Part shown: positions 1 through 9,041 of the stretch, in pieces
Layout: each line of letters starts with the position of its first letter
How positions within the stretch are numbered: position 1 is the first letter of the stretch
Assembly (NCBI GenBank): GCA_044356525.1
Contig: JBIKVZ010000002.1
Location: 322,612-386,611, forward strand
Reading direction: 5' to 3'
Length of the DNA: 64,000 nucleotides
DNA from: Rickettsiales bacterium
GTDB lineage: Bacteria > Pseudomonadota > Alphaproteobacteria > Rickettsiales > RGZB01
Program-made: the position numbers and the translations under genes
The notes under the pieces: model-generated
What the model was told of the DNA's origin: nothing
The model's input: the letters and a program-made list of their open reading frames with translations, nothing else
Database searches by the model: none

Positions 1-1035
1 AATGCCGGGGTCTAGAATCAGGCGCGAGCGGCTGATGCCAGCATCCTCACAATGTTTTATTTTTTCATTAAACCATGCGATGAGTGTTGCAATCACATCT
101 GTGTCATCCAGTAGCAAAATATCTTTGCTGGCTGGCACACCAAGGTTATGCATCAGCACTATCTTGCAGGTGCTGCCTTTTATCGATTCCACCATGGCAG
201 GGGTGCTAAGGCCGCTTACGTCATTAATCCACGCCGCACCAAGCTCAAGTGCTTTTGCAGCGGTACCGGCATGGCGCGTATCCACGCTTATCTCAGCGCG
301 GAGGCCAGATTTTTGTAGGGCTTCCAGCACAGGTTTCAAACGCCGCCATTCTTCATCAGGCCTTAGGGGTGTTGCACCGGGGCGGGTGGATTCGGCGCCG
401 ATATCAATCACGCTCGCACCATCACGCACCATCTGTTGGGCACGATGCACGGCTTCTTCTGGTTTCAGGTATAGATTGCCGTCGGAAAAAGAATCCGGCG
501 TAATATTTAAAATCCCCACGCACTGTGTGCTGATTTTTTTGTGCGTATTGCAAGGGATCGGGTTAGGGAATGCTGCTGCGAGATCTGCTCCTGTTCTCCC
601 ATCAGGGAAAGACCAGTTTGGCAAAATATCCAGTAAAGGCCATAACGCAAAAGGGCGTTCAGCAATGGCGCGGTGAGGGATGTGCAGCACTTCTTCTGCC
701 ATCACCACATTCTCGTACGTTAGTATATCAATATCGATTTCGCGCGGGCCCCAAAAAGCATGATCGGGCTTACGACCCATTTCAGCTTCAATGGATTTGA
801 TGGCTTGCAGTAGGTCCAAAGGCGCGAGCGATGTTTCACCGCCAATCGCCATATTTAAAAATGGAATGTTCCAGCTTTCGGGCGCGCCTTCAGGCATCAA
901 GGCATCAGATTCATACACGGCGGAGCGTGTGATGTTTTTTAAAATATGTTGTTGTTCAAGTGCGCGGATGGCGGTTTCAAAGAACATGTCCCTGTCCCCA
1001 AGATTGGAGCCGAGGCCAAGGATGACAAACGGCAT
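1..1035 (-). CDS. folKP: Bifunctional HPPK / dihydropteroate synthase (FolK-FolP fusion); 3' end runs off the window
   Basis: Absent from the ORF track because no stop lies inside the window. My reverse-strand translation from ATG at 1035 gives MPFVILGLGSNLGDRD...GPREIDIDIL (HPPK motifs). It continues with no stop into ...KKISTQCVGILNITPDSFSDGN...VIDIGAESTRPG...SVDT...WINDVSG (DHPS motifs) down to position 1. Confidence 0.8.
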   Translation of the reverse strand, partial: MPFVILGLGSNLGDRDMFFETAIRALEQQHILKNITRSAVYESDALMPEGAPESWNIPFLNMAIGGETSLAPLDLLQAIKSIEAEMGRKPDHAFWGPREIDIDILTYENVVMAEEVLHIPHRAIAERPFALWPLLDILPNWSFPDGRTGADLAAAFPNPIPCNTHKKISTQCVGILNITPDSFSDGNLYLKPEEAVHRAQQMVRDGASVIDIGAESTRPGATPLRPDEEWRRLKPVLEALQKSGLRAEISVDTRHAGTAAKALELGAAWINDVSGLSTPAMVESIKGSTCKIVLMHNLGVPASKDILLLDDTDVIATLIAWFNEKIKHCEDAGISRSRLILDPGI

Positions 1036-1043
1036 GGCGATGC

Positions 1044-1667
1044 CTATTTATCTGGCAGGAGTTTGCGGACTTCTTTTTCCACGATGCGTTCCACAATTAC
1101 CGGCAGGTTGCGGTCCAACCACTGCGCGAGCAGCGGCTTTAAGGATTCTGCCACAATGTCTTCCAGTGTATTGCCGGAGCGGAAGGAAGGTGATTCAATT
1201 TTCGGTGCCGGAATATTTTTTACAAGGTTGCGCAGTGACTCTGCGGCGGCTTCGGCGCTCTGGCGTGAAAGCAAGCGCTCGGTGCTTTCGCTGCTGCTTG
1301 CGGCAGGTGCTGCATAAGCGGGTTCATCTCGCATGGCGGGTGATGGTGTTTGTTCCTGTGGCATCTCAGATCCTAACGCAGCATCAATGTTATCCAGCAC
1401 GTCACCGGCAGCGGAAGGGGCTTCTGCAGCAGGTGGGGTTTCTTTGATTGGTGGCGGTGGGGTGTCGGTCACTTTCGTGGTGAGCTCCAAAACATCTTCT
1501 TGCTTGGGCTTTTCGTCTTTTTTTGCTTTATCGGGTGCTTTCTTTTTATCAGCCATGGCATCACTGCTCGCGTTCTTGGGTGTTTCACCCGAAATGATTT
1601 CACGGATGGAGGAAAGAATGTCCTCCATCGATTTTTCTTCAGACGTTGCTTTTTCTTCAGCCGCCAT
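1044..1667 (-). CDS. popZ: PopZ-like pole-organizing protein (DUF2497 family)
   Basis: 207-aa ORF with an N-terminal MEDILSSIREIISGE helix and a long Pro/Ala/Glu/Lys low-complexity middle. The conserved C-terminal block LEDIVAESLKPLLAQWLDRNLPVIVERIVEKEVRKL is typical of DUF2497/PopZ. Confidence 0.65.
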   Translation of the reverse strand: MAAEEKATSEEKSMEDILSSIREIISGETPKNASSDAMADKKKAPDKAKKDEKPKQEDVLELTTKVTDTPPPPIKETPPAAEAPSAAGDVLDNIDAALGSEMPQEQTPSPAMRDEPAYAAPAASSSESTERLLSRQSAEAAAESLRNLVKNIPAPKIESPSFRSGNTLEDIVAESLKPLLAQWLDRNLPVIVERIVEKEVRKLLPDK

Positions 1668-1739
1668 AATTTTTCAACTCTACTTTAGGCAGCATAACAA
1701 ACAAATCCTCACCCTACAACCGTCCTTGTAAAAGGCAGG

Positions 1740-3086
1740 TTAAAAACCAATTACTTTATATTTCACTTTGTCTTTATATTCATTCTGGTCGTAGCGCTCC
1801 ACGTCAAGCTGCTGCGATTCTGCTGTTAGCTCACCCAGCGCCGCCAGCAGTGTATACGTGGCAATCACTTCATTGCGCTGCGCGGAAACAAGATTCACGC
1901 GGGTGATGAACAATTCCTGTTCAGCATCCAGAATATCAAGCACCGTGCGGGCGCCAAGTTCGGCTTCCTGCTTCACACCTTCAAGCGCAATCTGCGCGGC
2001 ATTTACGGCATCGGTGGTAGATTTAATCGTGGCGCGTGATGTACGCACGCTTTCCCATGCACGGGTCACCTGTTCTACCGCCTTGTTGCGGGAATCCTGT
2101 AGTTCATTATTGCGCTGCTCGCGTGTGCGTTTGTTCTGGCGCACTTGTGCATATTCTGAACCACTCTGATAGAGCGGGATGTTCACGTTGAACATCAGAG
2201 AGTCCACTTCGCGCTCGGTGCTGCCGAAGAAGCTGGCAAGGCCATCTTCCTTGCGTTTGACAGCCTGCACGTTAGCCGAGGGAAGAATACGTGAACCTGC
2301 GATGTAAATATCATTTTCCGCGGCATCGGCGCGGTATTCCGAAAAACGTACATTCGGGTTGTGTTCGGTCGCAAGGTTAATGGATTCCGTCAACGTGCCC
2401 GGAATGCCAGGCAGGCTGTTCGGCATAGAAACATTCACCGGTTCTGTGCCAATCACTTGCTGGTAGTTGGCTTTGGCAGCCACTAGCGTGCCTTCAGCTA
2501 CGGTTTTGTCAGATACGGCGCGGGAGAGGCGGGCTTCAGACTGCGCCACGTCGGTTCGGGTGGTTTCACCCAATTCAAAGCGGTCTTTGGTGGCCTGAAG
2601 CTGCTCGCTTAGCACCTGCACGTTGCTTAAGTTCAGTTCCAGCACGCGCTGGGCACGCACCACGTCCATATATGCCGTAACGGCATCGGAGAGTACTTCT
2701 TGTTCCACGGCCGTTAAGCGATGTTGCTCGGCGCTAATAAGGTTTTGCGCGCGCTTGACTTCAGCCACACTGCCGAAGCCGTTGAAGATAGGCTGCGTTG
2801 CCTGAATCTGGCGGTTTCTGACCTGATTATCGTCCGTACGGCTGCCATATTTCTGCTCATCACGGCCGTGCTCATAATTGGCGCTTACGCTAGGCAAAAA
2901 TCCGGCATAGGCGGAGGGTAATTCTTCTGCGGTGGCTTCCAGCTGCGAGCGTGCAGCTTGCAGCGATGGGTTTGCGGCATAGGCCTGACCGAGCGCCTCT
3001 TTCAGCGTGGCGGCATGCGTGGTCGCAGGCAGGCTAACGCTAACCAAAAGGGCTGCAAGTGCGATTTTATACGATGTCTGTTTCAT
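1740..3086 (-). CDS. tolC: TolC-family outer membrane efflux protein
   Basis: 448-aa ORF with a signal peptide (MKQTSYKIALAALLVSVSLPATTHA). It has the TolC-type N-terminus TLKEALGQAYAANPSLQAAR and an internally duplicated coiled-coil/beta architecture. Confidence 0.85.
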   Translation of the reverse strand: MKQTSYKIALAALLVSVSLPATTHAATLKEALGQAYAANPSLQAARSQLEATAEELPSAYAGFLPSVSANYEHGRDEQKYGSRTDDNQVRNRQIQATQPIFNGFGSVAEVKRAQNLISAEQHRLTAVEQEVLSDAVTAYMDVVRAQRVLELNLSNVQVLSEQLQATKDRFELGETTRTDVAQSEARLSRAVSDKTVAEGTLVAAKANYQQVIGTEPVNVSMPNSLPGIPGTLTESINLATEHNPNVRFSEYRADAAENDIYIAGSRILPSANVQAVKRKEDGLASFFGSTEREVDSLMFNVNIPLYQSGSEYAQVRQNKRTREQRNNELQDSRNKAVEQVTRAWESVRTSRATIKSTTDAVNAAQIALEGVKQEAELGARTVLDILDAEQELFITRVNLVSAQRNEVIATYTLLAALGELTAESQQLDVERYDQNEYKDKVKYKVIGF

Positions 3087-3148
3087 AGCTCACCAAAACT
3101 TGCGGCAAAACTAGCAGAAAAATAACGCATTTCAAAGCGTTAAATGCA

Positions 3149-4495
3149 TCAGCCCAATGTGTAGACGGTTTGGCCGCGCACCACGGTGCGAATGGCGCGC
3201 CCCTTGGCTTTTACGCCTTGGAACGGCGAGTTTTTTGATTTGCTGACAAAATCATCCGGCTCGATGGTCCATTTATGGTCGAGGTCAATCAGCGTCAGGT
3301 CGGCGCGCAGGCCTTTTTTCAGGCGTCCGGCAGGCTGGTGGATGATGTCCGCCGCTTTATTTGTCATTTTGCCAATCGCATCGCGTAAGGTTAGGTGCTT
3401 CTGGTGTACCAGTTCCAGCGAAAGCGGCAGCATGGTTTCAACACCCACGATGCCGAAAGCGGCAGAGGCAAGCGGCACACGCTTCGATTCTTGGTCGTGC
3501 GGGGCATGGTCGGTGGCGATGGCGTCAATCGTGCCGTCAGCCAGCCCTTCAATAATCGCCAGCCTATCTTCTTCTGAGCGCAGCGGCGGGTTCATTTTTG
3601 CGAAGGTTTTGTATTCCAGCACGGCTTCGTCGGTCAGCATAAAATGGTGTGGTGCCGCTTCGGCCGTTACGTTCAGGCCTTTTTTCTTCGCGCGGCGGAT
3701 GGCTTCTACCGCTTGGCGGGTGGAAACATGCAGCACGTGATAATGCCCGCCGGTCAGTTCCAGCAGCAGCAGGTCGCGCTCCACGCAAATGGCTTCGGAG
3801 GCATTCGGAATGCCTGTTACACCCAGCACGGTGGAAACACGACCTTCGTTGATGCAGCCGCCGTTTGAAAGGTGCAAGTCTTCCGCGTGCTGCGCACAAG
3901 GCAGGCCAAGCATGCTGGCATATTCCATGGCGCGGCGCATCAGCAAGCTGTTCATCACCGGCAGGCCGTCATCGGTGAAACCAACCACGATGCCGGTTTC
4001 TTTAAGTAAGCCCATTTCGGTGAGTGCTTCGCCCTTCATGCCTTTTGAAATGGCGGCATAGGCGCGGATATTCACATAGGCCGTTTCGCGGGCGCGGTTT
4101 TTCACGAATTCCAGAATCGGTACTTCATCCAGCACCGGCTTGGTGTTGGGCTGGCATACAACAGTGGTGATACCGCCAGAGGCTGCAGACTTACTACCCG
4201 TCGCGATGGTTTCTTTATGTTCCTGACCCGGTTCGCGGAAGTGCACCTGCAAATCAATCAGGCCGGGGCAGAGCAGGTGGCCTTTGCAGTCCACCACTTC
4301 GATGCCTTCAGGCACGCCATCGTTAAACAAGCGCGGGCCGAGGTCGGCAATTTTTGAGCCTTCGGTGAGCAGTGCGCCTTTTTTATCCAGCTTGGTTTCT
4401 GGGTCAAACAAGCGGGCATTGATGTAAGCAGTCCGGCGGGACTTATTCCATTTTTCCTTCGGGAGATTCCAGGCCTGCTTCAGTTTTTTGCTCAT
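3149..4495 (-). CDS. pyrC: Dihydroorotase
   Basis: 448-aa ORF with amidohydrolase metal-ligand motifs (DLQVHFREPG, ...HVLHVST..., ATDHAPH). It lies immediately downstream of pyrB. Confidence 0.85.
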   Translation of the reverse strand: MSKKLKQAWNLPKEKWNKSRRTAYINARLFDPETKLDKKGALLTEGSKIADLGPRLFNDGVPEGIEVVDCKGHLLCPGLIDLQVHFREPGQEHKETIATGSKSAASGGITTVVCQPNTKPVLDEVPILEFVKNRARETAYVNIRAYAAISKGMKGEALTEMGLLKETGIVVGFTDDGLPVMNSLLMRRAMEYASMLGLPCAQHAEDLHLSNGGCINEGRVSTVLGVTGIPNASEAICVERDLLLLELTGGHYHVLHVSTRQAVEAIRRAKKKGLNVTAEAAPHHFMLTDEAVLEYKTFAKMNPPLRSEEDRLAIIEGLADGTIDAIATDHAPHDQESKRVPLASAAFGIVGVETMLPLSLELVHQKHLTLRDAIGKMTNKAADIIHQPAGRLKKGLRADLTLIDLDHKWTIEPDDFVSKSKNSPFQGVKAKGRAIRTVVRGQTVYTLG

Positions 4496-4513
4496 AATAC
4501 CTTACTTACAGTT

Positions 4514-5446
4514 TTACTTATGCGTTGCTAAAAGTTCCAGTATGGCTTGGCGCACGGCCACGCCCATTTCCACTTGGTCGAGAATCACGCTGCGGTTGAT
4601 ATCATCGGCTAGTTCGCTGTCAATTTCAACGCCGCGGTTAATCGGGCCGGGGTGCATCACGAACACATCCGGCTTTGCCAGTTTCAATTTCTTATAATCC
4701 AATCCATACAAGTGGAAGTACTCTGCAAACGATGGCACATAGCTTCCGCTCATGCGCTCGCGCTGCAGGCGCAGCATCATAATCACGTCTACGTCTTTGA
4801 TGCCTTTTTTCATCGAATAAAACACCTTGGCGCCGAGTGTTGCGGCAAAAGGTGGCATCAGTGTTGGCGGGGCGATAATACGTACTTCTGCACCCATGGT
4901 GGTGAGCAGATAAATGTTCGAGCGCGCCACGCGGCTGTGCAGAATGTCGCCGCAGATAGCAATTTTAAGGCCCTTGATTCTGCCTACGCGGCGGCGGATG
5001 GTCAGTGCATCCAGCAGTGCTTGTGTGGGGTGTTCGTGGCAGCCATCGCCCGCGTTAATCACCGAGCACTTTACTTTGTGTGAAAGAAGTTGCACCGCGC
5101 CGCTTTCCGGGTGGCGCACGGTGATAAAATCCGGATGCATGGCATTCAGCGTCATCGCTGTGTCGAGCAGCGTTTCACCTTTTTCCACGGCTGAGGTTGC
5201 AACCTGCATGTTAATCACGTCTGCCGAAAGGCGCTTGCCTGCCAGCTCGAACGAGGTGCGGGTGCGGGTGGAATTTTCAAAAAATAAGTTGATGAGTGTG
5301 CTACCGCGCAAAGTTGCGCGCTTTTTGTCTTTCTGGCGGTTTAAGGCCACATAGTCTTCCGCTAAGTCTAAAATAGCAGTGATATCCTTGGCGGTGAGGT
5401 CTTTAACCCCGAGCAGGTGCTTATACGGAAAACGATACGCCGCCAT
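4514..5446 (-). CDS. pyrB: Aspartate carbamoyltransferase catalytic subunit
   Basis: 310-aa ORF with the motifs [24 protein letters not shown] and HPGPINRG. Confidence 0.9.
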   Translation of the reverse strand: MAAYRFPYKHLLGVKDLTAKDITAILDLAEDYVALNRQKDKKRATLRGSTLINLFFENSTRTRTSFELAGKRLSADVINMQVATSAVEKGETLLDTAMTLNAMHPDFITVRHPESGAVQLLSHKVKCSVINAGDGCHEHPTQALLDALTIRRRVGRIKGLKIAICGDILHSRVARSNIYLLTTMGAEVRIIAPPTLMPPFAATLGAKVFYSMKKGIKDVDVIMMLRLQRERMSGSYVPSFAEYFHLYGLDYKKLKLAKPDVFVMHPGPINRGVEIDSELADDINRSVILDQVEMGVAVRQAILELLATHK

Positions 5447-5457
5447 GATGTTGTTAA

Positions 5458-5964
5458 CTATCCCTTACGTTCTAAATCTTTCACCGCTTCCAACACTTCT
5501 TCCGCGTGGCCATCCACCTTCACCTTATGCCAGATTTTGGCAATTTTACCTTCTTCGTTAATCAGGAAAGTGTCGCGCTGAATGCCCATGTATTTTTTGC
5601 CATACATGTTTTTTTCGACGCACACGTCATAGGCTTCCACCACGGTGCCATCTTCATCTGCGGCCAGCACGAATGGTAGGTAGTACTTATCTTTAAAGGC
5701 ATTGTGGCTTTCCACGCTGTCTTTCGACACGCCGATAATCACGGTGTTGTAGAGGTCAAAATCTTCCTTACGGTCACGGAAATCTTTGGCTTCCACCGTG
5801 CAGCCGGGGGTGTCATCCTTCGGATAAAAATACACGACTACATTTTTGCCGCGCAGTTTAGAAAGGTCTACTTCGCCACCGCCATCGGTCGCGAGCACAA
5901 AGTCCGGTGCAAAATCGCCTTCAGCAAGGGCGCGTGCGTTCTTGTTTGCAGGGGTCTGACTCAT
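5458..5964 (-). CDS. bcp: Thioredoxin-dependent thiol peroxidase (Bcp/PrxQ-type peroxiredoxin)
   Basis: 168-aa ORF with the [14 protein letters not shown] peroxidatic-Cys motif. Confidence 0.85.
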   Translation of the reverse strand: MSQTPANKNARALAEGDFAPDFVLATDGGGEVDLSKLRGKNVVVYFYPKDDTPGCTVEAKDFRDRKEDFDLYNTVIIGVSKDSVESHNAFKDKYYLPFVLAADEDGTVVEAYDVCVEKNMYGKKYMGIQRDTFLINEEGKIAKIWHKVKVDGHAEEVLEAVKDLERKG

Positions 5965-5989
5965 GCGATACTCCTTAGATTTTTATCGT

Positions 5990-8900
5990 TTAAGGGTTCG
6001 TGTGCGACGTAATGAATTTGTCAAACAGGTTGTGCACTTTTTTTTGGCTTGTCACAAGCATTTTCTTAAGGGTTTCAAAATCTTTTGAGGTATCCGCCTG
6101 TGCTAAAATATCGCGTCCGGCGGCGCTTAAATTCGCCTCATCAGGGTCGCGGTTACCGGTAATGCGGCGCAGGGCCTGCAAGCGGTGATACAGGGCATAG
6201 GCATCAATGAGCGCTTGGCCGTCTTCCTTTTCCACTAGCCCCAATGTCACCAGATTTTGCAGGGCTTCAGGCGTATTTTGGCTCAAAACCTCAGGTTTTT
6301 TGTTGGCGTGCACCAGTTGCAGATATTGCACAATGAATTCCACATCAATAATACCGCCTCTTACCTGTTTGATTTTTAAAGGATTTTCAACATTTTTGCT
6401 GGATTGAGCAATACGCTCACGCATATCAAAGGCCTTTTTTGCCAGCAGCTTGCTATCCCATGTGGTGGTCAGTTTTTTGCGGATAAGCGCATCGATTTCT
6501 TCCGAAATAGATTTACCGCCCGTTAGCACCCGTGCGCGGGTCAGCGCCATATATTCCCATTCCCATGCCGCATTTTCATCGCGGGCGATGGCATAATAGG
6601 CGTCAAACGCCTCAAGGCTGCAGGCCACGGCGCCGTCATTGCCTGAGGGGCGCAGGCGCGTATCCACTTCATAGAGTGTGCCTTCGGGTGTGAGAGACGT
6701 AATGGCGGCGATGAAGCGCCGCGAAAGCCGCATGAAATATTCACTGGCGGAAAGGCTGGCATTTTCCTTGGGGTACCCTTCAGGGTCATACACGAACACA
6801 AGGTCGAGGTCTGACGCGAAAGTGATCTCCCTGCCGCCGAGCTTGCCCATAGCAATCACGGCGAAGGAATTTTTGCTGACTTTGCCATATTGCCGCGCGA
6901 AGTCTGCCATCACATGCTGGAGTAATATAGAAAGCACCGTGTCGGCAATATTGCTGAGATGCAGACTGGCCTCGAACGCATCAATCTTTTGTTTGATGAA
7001 CTGAATACCTACGCGGAACTGGCGGTCATGCGTCCAACTGCGGCAGATATCAAGTACGTCCTGATAGTCCCGCGCTTGTTTCAGCGCCGCATCCAGCTTC
7101 TCTTTCAGGCGTGTGGGCTCGGGTAGGTCGTCAAAAAATTCTGAGGAAAGTACATATTCCAGCAGCGCGGGTTTGCGGCTTAAATTTTCAGCGATGTAAG
7201 GATACCCGCCCATGATTTCAGCAATCAGTTCCAGCAGTTGCGGTTGTGCATGGAACAACGAAAAGATTTGTACGCCCGCGGGCAGGCGGAACAGAAATTC
7301 ATTAAACTTTGTAAAAGCAAGGTCGGGGTTTGCGGTGCCAGCCAGTTCTTTCAGCAGCATGGGCGTTAATTCAGTGAGCAATTCACGCGCGCGTTTGGTG
7401 CGCATGGCACGGGCGCGGCCGTGGTGCCAGCCGCGGATATTTTCAGAAATCGCCACTGCATTTTGAAAGCCCATGCGCGTGATGGTTTGTAGCGTTTCAG
7501 GGTCGTTCTCAATACCCGTGAACACAAGGCTGCCTTCAATATCTTCGCTGGCGAGGGAAGGCGATGTTTCAAACAAACGTGCGTAATGCCCTTGCACGCA
7601 GGTGAGGTAGCGCGTCATCCCTTTCACGAATTCTGTGCCATTTTCAAAACCCATAAATACAGCGAACACATCCATCTCTTCCCGCGTCTCTGGCAGCGAA
7701 TGGGTTTGCTGGTCCGCCACCATTTGCAGGCGATGCTCCACCGTGCGGTAGAAGCGATATGCCTCGGTGAGATCTTCAAAAGCCTTTGGCGTGACCTTAC
7801 CCAGTTTGGTCAATACATCGAGCGCCTCGCAGGTGGCTGGCACGCGGAGCGGCAGTTCACGTCCACCCCAAATCAATTGTTGGGTTTGTGCATAAAATTC
7901 AATTTCGCGGATGCCGCCATGCCCTAGCTTCACGTTGTAACCCAGCAGGCCTTCTGGCAGTTTACCAACCTTGCTGCTGATTTGGCGTTTGATGGAGTGA
8001 ATGTCCTGAATGCTCGCGAAGTCGAGTGATTTACGCCAGATGTATGATGCTAAAAACTGGATAAAAGATTTACCCGCATCAAGGTCACCCGCCACGGGGC
8101 GGGCTTTTATCATGGCAGCGCGTTCCCAGTTTTGCCCCACGGTTTCGTAATAATATTCCCCGGCCTTGATAGACATAGCGGCGGGTGTTGAGCCGGGGTC
8201 GGGCCGCAAGCGTAAATCCACGCGGAACACATACCCGTCTTTCGTGCGTTCCTGCATTAAGCTTGCAACATCCTGCGCGAGGCGCACAAAAAATTGCCCC
8301 ACGGTGGTACGCCCATTGAACTGCACTTTATCGGAGTCGTAGAAAAACATCAGGTCGATGTCGCTGGAATAATTCAGCTCATGCGAGCCGAGCTTACCCA
8401 CGCCGAGCACAACCAAGCCACAATCAAGGCTAGGGTTTGTCGTGTCTTTCAATACAATATTGCCAGCCTGTGCCGATTTAAGCAGCAAATGGTTCACGCT
8501 AAGGCTTAGCGTTGTTTCAGCGAGCTTGGTTAACGTGCCGGTAATTTTTTCCAGCGGCCAGAGTGCATAAATATCAGCCACAGCAATCACCAGCGCTGCC
8601 GCGCCGCGCGCAAGGCGCATGGCCGCCATAATGTCATCTTTGCTGCCTGCAAAATCAACAGCGCTTAAGGTGCTAAAAACCTGCTCAATCGCTGCGTCAA
8701 AACCCTCATCACACAGTAGTTTTATTTTTTCCGGGTGGCGGATGGCCTGGGTCGCAAGGTAAGGGCTGTTGCCAAACAGCGTGGCTAAAAGTTTTTCTCC
8801 TGTCGTATCTTTTGCCAGCGCCTGCATGAAGGTCTGAAATTCAGGCTCTTTGGTGCTTGCGGACTCATGCCACTGCGCCAAATACGTTGCTAGCTGGCTG

Positions 8901-8998
8901 GTATTTGCTGCTTTGGGCGGGCTTAGTGGGGCAAGATTCTGCTGTAAAAATTTCATTATTTCTTTGTAAGATAATGCGTAACGCTTATGATATTGCAC
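5990..8998 (-). CDS. glnE: Bifunctional glutamine synthetase adenylyltransferase/adenylyl-removing enzyme
   Basis: About 1000-aa ORF with two nucleotidyltransferase modules (GKLGSHELNYSSDIDLMFFY and GKLGGREITFASDLDLVFVY). The track start at 8998 is GTG. An ATG at 8956 (MKFLQQNL...) is an alternative start. Confidence 0.9.
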   Translation of the reverse strand: MQYHKRYALSYKEIMKFLQQNLAPLSPPKAANTSQLATYLAQWHESASTKEPEFQTFMQALAKDTTGEKLLATLFGNSPYLATQAIRHPEKIKLLCDEGFDAAIEQVFSTLSAVDFAGSKDDIMAAMRLARGAAALVIAVADIYALWPLEKITGTLTKLAETTLSLSVNHLLLKSAQAGNIVLKDTTNPSLDCGLVVLGVGKLGSHELNYSSDIDLMFFYDSDKVQFNGRTTVGQFFVRLAQDVASLMQERTKDGYVFRVDLRLRPDPGSTPAAMSIKAGEYYYETVGQNWERAAMIKARPVAGDLDAGKSFIQFLASYIWRKSLDFASIQDIHSIKRQISSKVGKLPEGLLGYNVKLGHGGIREIEFYAQTQQLIWGGRELPLRVPATCEALDVLTKLGKVTPKAFEDLTEAYRFYRTVEHRLQMVADQQTHSLPETREEMDVFAVFMGFENGTEFVKGMTRYLTCVQGHYARLFETSPSLASEDIEGSLVFTGIENDPETLQTITRMGFQNAVAISENIRGWHHGRARAMRTKRARELLTELTPMLLKELAGTANPDLAFTKFNEFLFRLPAGVQIFSLFHAQPQLLELIAEIMGGYPYIAENLSRKPALLEYVLSSEFFDDLPEPTRLKEKLDAALKQARDYQDVLDICRSWTHDRQFRVGIQFIKQKIDAFEASLHLSNIADTVLSILLQHVMADFARQYGKVSKNSFAVIAMGKLGGREITFASDLDLVFVYDPEGYPKENASLSASEYFMRLSRRFIAAITSLTPEGTLYEVDTRLRPSGNDGAVACSLEAFDAYYAIARDENAAWEWEYMALTRARVLTGGKSISEEIDALIRKKLTTTWDSKLLAKKAFDMRERIAQSSKNVENPLKIKQVRGGIIDVEFIVQYLQLVHANKKPEVLSQNTPEALQNLVTLGLVEKEDGQALIDAYALYHRLQALRRITGNRDPDEANLSAAGRDILAQADTSKDFETLKKMLVTSQKKVHNLFDKFITSHTNP

Positions 8999-9041
8999 CT
9001 AAAGATGTAACATCTGGCGTCAGTGCTGTGAAGTATAAAGC

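Noticed and set aside
2-1447. Plus-strand track ORFs 2-676, 249-503, 570-800, 791-1447 and 946-1317.
   Set aside because: They are antisense shadows of the reverse-strand folK-folP and popZ genes. Their products are Arg/Ser/Cys-rich with no recognisable motifs, whereas the reverse frame gives textbook HPPK, DHPS and DUF2497 motifs.
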